64,000 nt of DNA from Thermodesulfobacteriota bacterium (GTDB taxonomy: Bacteria; Desulfobacterota_D; UBA1144; Nemesobacterales; Nemesobacteraceae). Within the stretch, counting starts at the first letter, position 1. Every line of letters starts with the position of its first letter. Below the pieces are notes generated by a model, which saw nothing but the letters and a program-made list of their open reading frames with translations, searched no databases and was not told the DNA's origin. The position numbers and the translations under genes are program-made. The stretch covers positions 1,001,845-1,065,844 of the forward strand of contig OZ244920.1 of NCBI GenBank assembly GCA_965221875.1. The letters run 5' to 3'. This document shows positions 58,679-64,000 of this stretch, piece by piece.

Positions 58679-59107
58679 CTACTGTATGGTCTTTTTATCC
58701 GGTTCGTAACCCCGTACGGGGATTGGCGAAGCATGATGAAAGATCATAAGCCACCTGTCGTCTTGCTTCTCGAATATGTTGGTTGACTGAGAGAGATTGA
58801 ACATTACCGGGTCCCTTTTTATGTATACCATCTCCTGCAGGCAGGTAACCCAGGCGATGTTGTCGTTTATATCCACGGTCACGTTTGAAATGCTGATGTC
58901 AACCTGATCCTCAGGGTCAAAAACGCTTTCCCAGCTCTGCCTTATGGCTTCCCAGTTGCGAAGAGCTGTCCATCCCGGATGGACGCAGCCGGACCTTGAG
59001 TCCTTTACCCAGACCTCTCCCATTAGCTCCAGATTCCTGGTTCCAAGGGCCTCGTAAAAAAGGCTGTTGATCCTAAGTATTTCTTCGCTGTCTTCTTTCA
59101 TGGCCAT
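58679..59107 (-). CDS. NTF2-like / SnoaL-like domain protein
   Basis: 142-aa protein. Pattern IAWVTCLQEM...DDRWLMIFHHAS is typical of the ketosteroid-isomerase/NTF2 fold. Confidence 0.45.
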   Translation of the reverse strand: MAMKEDSEEILRINSLFYEALGTRNLELMGEVWVKDSRSGCVHPGWTALRNWEAIRQSWESVFDPEDQVDISISNVTVDINDNIAWVTCLQEMVYIKRDPVMFNLSQSTNIFEKQDDRWLMIFHHASPIPVRGYEPDKKTIQ

Positions 59108-59126
59108 CGGCTTATCCTAGGTAATT

Positions 59127-60713
59127 TTACCGGAAAAGGTCTAAAATTCTGCCGAACTGCGAGAATATGTCTTCGCGCATCCTGAGAATGTCGTTATACA
59201 GGGCTGCCGCCATGATGAAGATTAGAAAGGAAAATCCGATTCGCTGGGTTATCTCGAGGGTCTTTATGCTAAGCGGCTTTCTCTTTATTTTCTCAATGGC
59301 CAGATAAAGCAGGTGTCCTCCGTCGAGCATCGGTATGGGGAGGAGGTTTATAAGCGCGAGATTTATGCTTATAAGCGAGGTGAACTGGAGGAGATTTGAT
59401 ATGCCGCTTTGAGCGACATCACCTGATACCTTGGCGATGAGAAGCGGCCCTGCGACCGTCTTTCCGGCTGTTGCGAGCGCTATTTTTCCTGTTACGAGTT
59501 TGAACAGGAAACCGAAGAAAAGAATGGTGATCTCAACTGTCATGCGCGCTGCTTCTGCTATTCCCCTGCTAATCGATTCAAAGAAACCGTATTTCTTAAG
59601 CACTCTGTCTGTGCTTGGAGTGATGCCGATTATGTAGCGTCCGAGGTCTTCTTGCATTTGTGCCGCCAAGCGGAAATGCATCTTTTCTTCCCCGCGCTCA
59701 ATCGTGAAATCAAGTTCCTTGCCATTGCTTTCAGCTATTATGTCCGACATATGGTTCCAGTCCGTAACCTCTACGCCGTCTATCGCCTTGATCCTGTCTC
59801 CCGGACGTATCCCCGCTCTCCAGGCGGGGCGGTCTTCGGCTACTTCCGCTATGGTTGCGTCTATTGGCCTTGCGAATCCAGTCTCCACTCTGCCATCGGG
59901 ACCGGCTTCGGCGAAAAGGGTGAGAGTCCTGGTTTCGTTTCCGGTTTTTACCCTGAATTCAAGCAGCGAATCAGGATTTGAGTGAACAGCAATGTTCACG
60001 TCTTTCCAGTTTTTGACTTCTTTTCCGTTTATGCTGAGTATCCTGTCACCCGCGGCGAATCCCGAGAGATGGGCGGGAGAGTCTTTCGTTACGTAAGTTA
60101 TGTCAGGAATATCTTCCAGATAACCTGAGACACTTATGCCGAACATGAACACAAGGGGCATGAAGAAAAAGGGAATTATGAAATTCATAGCGGGCCCCGC
60201 TATGACCACCAGGAATCTGTCTGTAAGAGACTTGCCGGAAAATCCCCTTTGGTAGTCCTTTTCATAGTAAGCCTCTATGTCGTAAAAGGCCAAGCTGCTG
60301 ACGCTGAAAGAGTGGATTTTCCCATCTCTTTCGACTTCAACTTCTTTTTCCTGGTGCGGCTCTGATTTTAGGGCGTAGAGAAGCTGTTCCCAGCCTGCGT
60401 ATTCCTTAAGACTGAATCCTTTTATCCCAACAATTCTGTCCCCTGAGGCAAGTGGCGATCCGGTGTCCGAAACGCTTTCGACAATTACGTTATCTTCCTT
60501 GCCCTCACCGTACATCTTCACGTATCCACCGAGGGGAAGGGCCGAAATTAGGTACTCCGTTTCGCCTCTTACAAAAGAAACGAGTTTCGGGCCGAAACCC
60601 AGAGAAAACTTCTCAACTCTGATATTGCTTCTTTTTGCGAGCAGAAAATGTCCTAACTCGTGAAAAAAGACCAGAATTCCTATTACGAAGATAAAAGCCA
60701 GGATAGTAGTCAT
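59127..60713 (-). CDS. rseP: RIP zinc metalloprotease (site-2 protease) with PDZ domains
   Basis: HELGHFLLAKR (HExxH) in TM1, two PDZ regions and the LxNLLPxxxLDGG C-terminal motif. The start was chosen 3 nt after the dxr stop. Confidence 0.85.
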   Translation of the reverse strand: MTTILAFIFVIGILVFFHELGHFLLAKRSNIRVEKFSLGFGPKLVSFVRGETEYLISALPLGGYVKMYGEGKEDNVIVESVSDTGSPLASGDRIVGIKGFSLKEYAGWEQLLYALKSEPHQEKEVEVERDGKIHSFSVSSLAFYDIEAYYEKDYQRGFSGKSLTDRFLVVIAGPAMNFIIPFFFMPLVFMFGISVSGYLEDIPDITYVTKDSPAHLSGFAAGDRILSINGKEVKNWKDVNIAVHSNPDSLLEFRVKTGNETRTLTLFAEAGPDGRVETGFARPIDATIAEVAEDRPAWRAGIRPGDRIKAIDGVEVTDWNHMSDIIAESNGKELDFTIERGEEKMHFRLAAQMQEDLGRYIIGITPSTDRVLKKYGFFESISRGIAEAARMTVEITILFFGFLFKLVTGKIALATAGKTVAGPLLIAKVSGDVAQSGISNLLQFTSLISINLALINLLPIPMLDGGHLLYLAIEKIKRKPLSIKTLEITQRIGFSFLIFIMAAALYNDILRMREDIFSQFGRILDLFR

Positions 60714-60715
60714 CA

Positions 60716-61873
60716 CTAAGAAAGAAGGTTCTCCATTACAGAACTGGCGGTGTTCCTCGACCACCTGTCCGCCTCTAATATATTGTCAAGACACCCCGAG
60801 TCAAGTTTGTCGTGACGCTCGAGAGTTTCCCTGACTATCGGAATTATATCGGTGAATCTGATCCTCTCATCAAGAAACGCGGTTACTGCCACTTCGTTCG
60901 CGGCGTTTAGCACAGTTGGATAAGTGCCGCCCATTCTGAGACATTCAATTGCCATCGCGGGGGCCTCGAATTTATCTGTGTCGAGTTTCTCGAACATGAT
61001 ACCCGAAAGGTCTTCCGGCGAGGCCTTGGGGTGTCCGAGGTCGAGTCTCTCGGGGTAGGAGAGTGCTTGGGCTATCGGTATTTTCATGTCAGAAGCGGAA
61101 AGGTGGGTTATGAACGAGCCGTCAACATATTCAAGGATTGAATGCACGATGCTCTGGGGATGTACCCAGATTGATATTTTTTCGGCAGGCATGTCAAAAA
61201 ACCACCTTGCCTCTATTATTTCAAATCCCTTGTTCATCAGCGTCGCCGAATCTATGGTTATTTTCTCTCCCATCTTCCATGTGGGATGGCAGAGTGCGTC
61301 GGCGACAGTAACCTTCTCCAGGTCTTTTTTCGGGGTTTTTCGAAACGGTCCGCCCGATGCCGTTATAATGATTCGTTTGAGAAATTCGCGGTCCTTTTCA
61401 AGAAGCGTCTGGAAAACGGCGCTATGCTCGCTGTCCACGGGAAGTAGGATAACGTCCTGGTTTTTTGCCTCGGAAATAAGGAGTCCTCCGGCAACCACAA
61501 GAGATTCTTTGTTTGCTATCGCAATGTTTCTTCCGGCCTGTATTGCGGACAGCGTAGGCAGAAGCCCCGGGAAACCCACCATGGATGATATAACCAGATC
61601 GCACTCACCTTCCGTAGCAACTGCGATATTTCCCTTGTCTCCATAATGTATCTGTGTTTTCGGACCGGCAATTCTCCTGAGTCGTTCTGAGTCCTCTTTT
61701 CGGGTAACCGATACGATCTTCGGAGCGAATTCCGCTACCTGTTCCGCAAGAAGATCAATGTTTTTCCCCGCACATAGACCTGTCACCTCGAATCTCTCGG
61801 GAAATCTTCGTACTATCTCAAGCGTCTGCGACCCGATCGAGCCGGTTGATCCGAGTATGGAGATTTTCTTCAA
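60716..61873 (-). CDS. dxr: 1-deoxy-D-xylulose 5-phosphate reductoisomerase
   Basis: ILGSTGSIGSQTLEIV NADPH-binding motif and Dxr-specific sequence throughout. Confidence 0.95.
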   Translation of the reverse strand: MKKISILGSTGSIGSQTLEIVRRFPERFEVTGLCAGKNIDLLAEQVAEFAPKIVSVTRKEDSERLRRIAGPKTQIHYGDKGNIAVATEGECDLVISSMVGFPGLLPTLSAIQAGRNIAIANKESLVVAGGLLISEAKNQDVILLPVDSEHSAVFQTLLEKDREFLKRIIITASGGPFRKTPKKDLEKVTVADALCHPTWKMGEKITIDSATLMNKGFEIIEARWFFDMPAEKISIWVHPQSIVHSILEYVDGSFITHLSASDMKIPIAQALSYPERLDLGHPKASPEDLSGIMFEKLDTDKFEAPAMAIECLRMGGTYPTVLNAANEVAVTAFLDERIRFTDIIPIVRETLERHDKLDSGCLDNILEADRWSRNTASSVMENLLS

Positions 61874-61874
61874 T

Positions 61875-62615
61875 CTAGCGTCCTTTCTCCCGTATCTGCT
61901 CTCCTGTCAGTCCGAATCTTCTTTCCCTGTTGCGGTAATTGGCTATGGCTTTTAGCAGATGCCTTTTTCTGAAATTCGGCCACAGTGTCTTTGTGACGTA
62001 TATTTCGGCATAGGCCAGTTGCCACAGCAGAAAGTTCGAAAGTCTCATTTCTCCCCCGGTTCTTATGAGCAGATCCGGTTCCGGCAGGCCGGAGGTATAA
62101 AGATATTTCTGAAAATCCTCCTCGGAAACCGGCTTTTTCTTTCCCTCCGCGATTATGCTGTTCACGGCGTTAATTATCTCCTCTCTGCCCCCATAGCTAA
62201 GAGCCAGGGTTATCGTCAGGGAATTGCATTGCTCGGTCATTTTCATCACGCGTCCCAGAAGTTCACGTATGTCCTGGGGGAGGTTCGAGAGATCCCCGAT
62301 CGCGTTTAGTCTGGTGTTCTGTGCAAGCAGCTTCTCGCCTTCATCTGAGAGGTATTGCCTTAAAAGATCCATAAGTGCGAGAACTTCTTTTCCCGGTCTC
62401 TTCCAGTTCTGGGCGGAGAACGCGTAAAGAGTTACATATTCTATCCCGATCTCCCGCGCGGCACGGACCACAGACCTTGCCGATTTTATTCCTTCCCTGT
62501 GACCGATCAGCCTGTCGAGGTTCTTTCGCCGCGCCCATCTTCCGTTGCCGTCCATTATTATGACAACATGCCTGGGGATAGGACCCGGTGAGGGGATGTT
62601 ATGGTTTTTCTGCAT
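61875..62615 (-). CDS. uppS: Undecaprenyl diphosphate synthase (cis-prenyltransferase)
   Basis: PRHVVIIMDGNGRWA and the RTGGE...RLSNFLLWQ motifs. Confidence 0.9.
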   Translation of the reverse strand: MQKNHNIPSPGPIPRHVVIIMDGNGRWARRKNLDRLIGHREGIKSARSVVRAAREIGIEYVTLYAFSAQNWKRPGKEVLALMDLLRQYLSDEGEKLLAQNTRLNAIGDLSNLPQDIRELLGRVMKMTEQCNSLTITLALSYGGREEIINAVNSIIAEGKKKPVSEEDFQKYLYTSGLPEPDLLIRTGGEMRLSNFLLWQLAYAEIYVTKTLWPNFRKRHLLKAIANYRNRERRFGLTGEQIREKGR

Positions 62616-62655
62616 TGTGAGGCACTGTTTGAGAGCTTTGCTGACAACCGTCGTT

Positions 62656-62874
62656 TCAGTTCGCTGCCCGATAAATGTAAGAAATGGGATATGCGATCAG
62701 AACGACCGTAGCAATTACCACCATTGCCACGATCAGGGCAACCGGGTAGATGAGAAGTGCCCCCAGGTAAAAAAGGGCTCTTTTCAGCGGAACCCACTCC
62801 CGGGATGCTTCGGGAAGGTCGGAAACGCAGCTTTTGACAAATCCTGATATTATTCCAGTAAAAAGTGTGGACAT
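62656..62874 (-). CDS. Small hypothetical membrane protein
   Basis: 72-aa ORF with two predicted TM helices upstream of uppS. Weak evidence. Confidence 0.3.
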   Translation of the reverse strand: MSTLFTGIISGFVKSCVSDLPEASREWVPLKRALFYLGALLIYPVALIVAMVVIATVVLIAYPISYIYRAAN

Positions 62875-62987
62875 ATATGTGAACCGATCTAACGTAAACC
62901 TATCTTATTTCCCCTTTTTCATCAAGGGCGAAAATTCTACTTTAAAATTCTACTTTGAGGCATTTGCGTAGTTAAAGATACCCATAT

Positions 62988-64000
62988 AGGGCAAGGGGTT
63001 TGTGAAGGGCAAAAATATTTCTTACCCCGGAATTCCCGCCAGAACCCTTGAAAGCGGCCTGATTCTCTCCAGAAACCACAAATTCCACCCCAAGACCGAA
63101 TCCGTCGCAGTGCGCTGAAGGGGGGGGGCAGAGAAGCAAGTAACTTGCTGATATCACTTGATTTAATGTCGCCACGGGTTAGAATTAAAGGTATCTGCAA
63201 AATACATTCTCCCGGAGGAGCCAACCCGTGACGACACAAATTAACTTACCTTTTTCCTGGGACAGAGTCGACAGCCTCTCAGACCTCAACCGTCTTGGTC
63301 TCGTACTTGACGCCCTGCCCGACGCAGACATTATCAACGCTCTTTTGGAGACGCGGGCTAACGGGCGCAACGAATACCCCGTGGCAGCGATGTGGAGAGC
63401 CTTGATAGCGGGAATAGTCTTCGGGCACGAATCCATCGAGTCACTCATACGGGAGCTTAACCGCAATTCCTCGCTGCTCGCGCTGTGCGGATTCAGTTCC
63501 GTGCCCCTGCAAAGACGTACCAGCTACAGGATTACCGACGGAACCGGGGTCACGGCTATAGATTCTCCTCTCCGCAGTCCTGCTCCCGGAAGTCACAACT
63601 TCTCCCGCTTTCTCTCAAACGTAGTCAGGATTGAAGAGGAGAAGGGGCTTATCTCAAAGATGATTGACGCACTGAGGGAGGAGCTTATGGAACTGCTGCC
63701 TGACTTCGGGGAGAGTCTGGGTTATGACGGCAAGGCGGTAAGGAGCAACTCCACGGGACGGAAGAACGGCAACAGAGGGGAGACGTCAGACCCCGAAGCC
63801 GACTGGGGTAAGCATGAATACTCCGGGGTTGACTCCTCTACGGGGAAAACATGGACGAAGATAAAGAGATGGTTCGGCTACGGGCTGCATATCATGGCGG
63901 ACACCAAGTACGAGCTGCCGGTTGCCGTGAGCGTGACCAGGGCTTCTGTTTCCGAGGTAAGGGAACTTGACCGGATGACGGACGTGCTGTTCGGCAAAGA
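62988..64000 (+). mobile_element. IS1182/IS5-like element, copy B (5' part; continues beyond the window)
   Basis: 62988-63227 is about 85-90% identical to the reverse complement of 25707-25933. The transposase paralog follows. Confidence 0.55.
63228..64000 (+). CDS. IS1182/IS5-superfamily transposase, second (diverged) copy. GTG start. 3' end lies outside the window.
   Basis: Own translation from GTG 63228: (M)TTQINLPFSWDRVDSLSDLNRLGLVLDALPDADIINALLETRANGRNEYPVAAMWRALIAGIVFGHESIESLIRELNRNSSLLALCGF..., about 75% identical to the 24234..25706 product. RBS GGAGGAG upstream. Confidence 0.7.
   Translation, partial: MTTQINLPFSWDRVDSLSDLNRLGLVLDALPDADIINALLETRANGRNEYPVAAMWRALIAGIVFGHESIESLIRELNRNSSLLALCGFSSVPLQRRTSYRITDGTGVTAIDSPLRSPAPGSHNFSRFLSNVVRIEEEKGLISKMIDALREELMELLPDFGESLGYDGKAVRSNSTGRKNGNRGETSDPEADWGKHEYSGVDSSTGKTWTKIKRWFGYGLHIMADTKYELPVAVSVTRASVSEVRELDRMTDVLFGK

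Noticed and set aside
61086-61646. 186-aa plus-strand ORF
   Set aside because: It is antisense to dxr.

Overview
This is a 64-kb bacterial chromosomal segment of roughly 50% GC, mostly housekeeping genes, interrupted by several accessory patches. Housekeeping content includes acs, tmk, RNase Y, zapB-zapA-MTHFS, prfA, dapF, hisA/hisF, RNase G, tatA, glyQS, trmFO, purEK and uppS-dxr-rseP, plus futalosine-pathway mqnA/mqnD paralogs.

Accessory content:
- Three Fic-family proteins plus a Fic_N gene remnant; one Fic is paired with a DUF4143 AAA ATPase.
- An MNT/HEPN toxin-antitoxin pair.
- A rhodanese-SufE-SufU operon fused to a nitroreductase-like / FAD-reductase / NapH-like polyferredoxin redox module, with no SufS or SufBCD.
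- A pile-up of three different IS elements: ISAs1-like, an IS1634-family element inserted into the 3' end of an IS1182/IS5-like element, and a second diverged copy of that IS1182/IS5-like element at the window end.
- A high-GC island (about 41.2-46.9 kb) encoding a Calx-beta/P-domain subtilisin. It is littered with gene fragments and a near-identical 205-bp duplication of an internal glyS segment.
- A low-GC three-gene island (55.8-58.5 kb) with an MqsR-like toxin, an MqsA-like zinc-ribbon/HTH antitoxin, and a 599-aa ParA/MinD-like (KGGVGRS P-loop) NTPase fused to an alpha-helical repeat domain.

The low-GC island is the best candidate for an undescribed system. Displayed line numbering appears about 1 nt out of register with the ORF track around 13.4 kb, so coordinates there are +/- 1.
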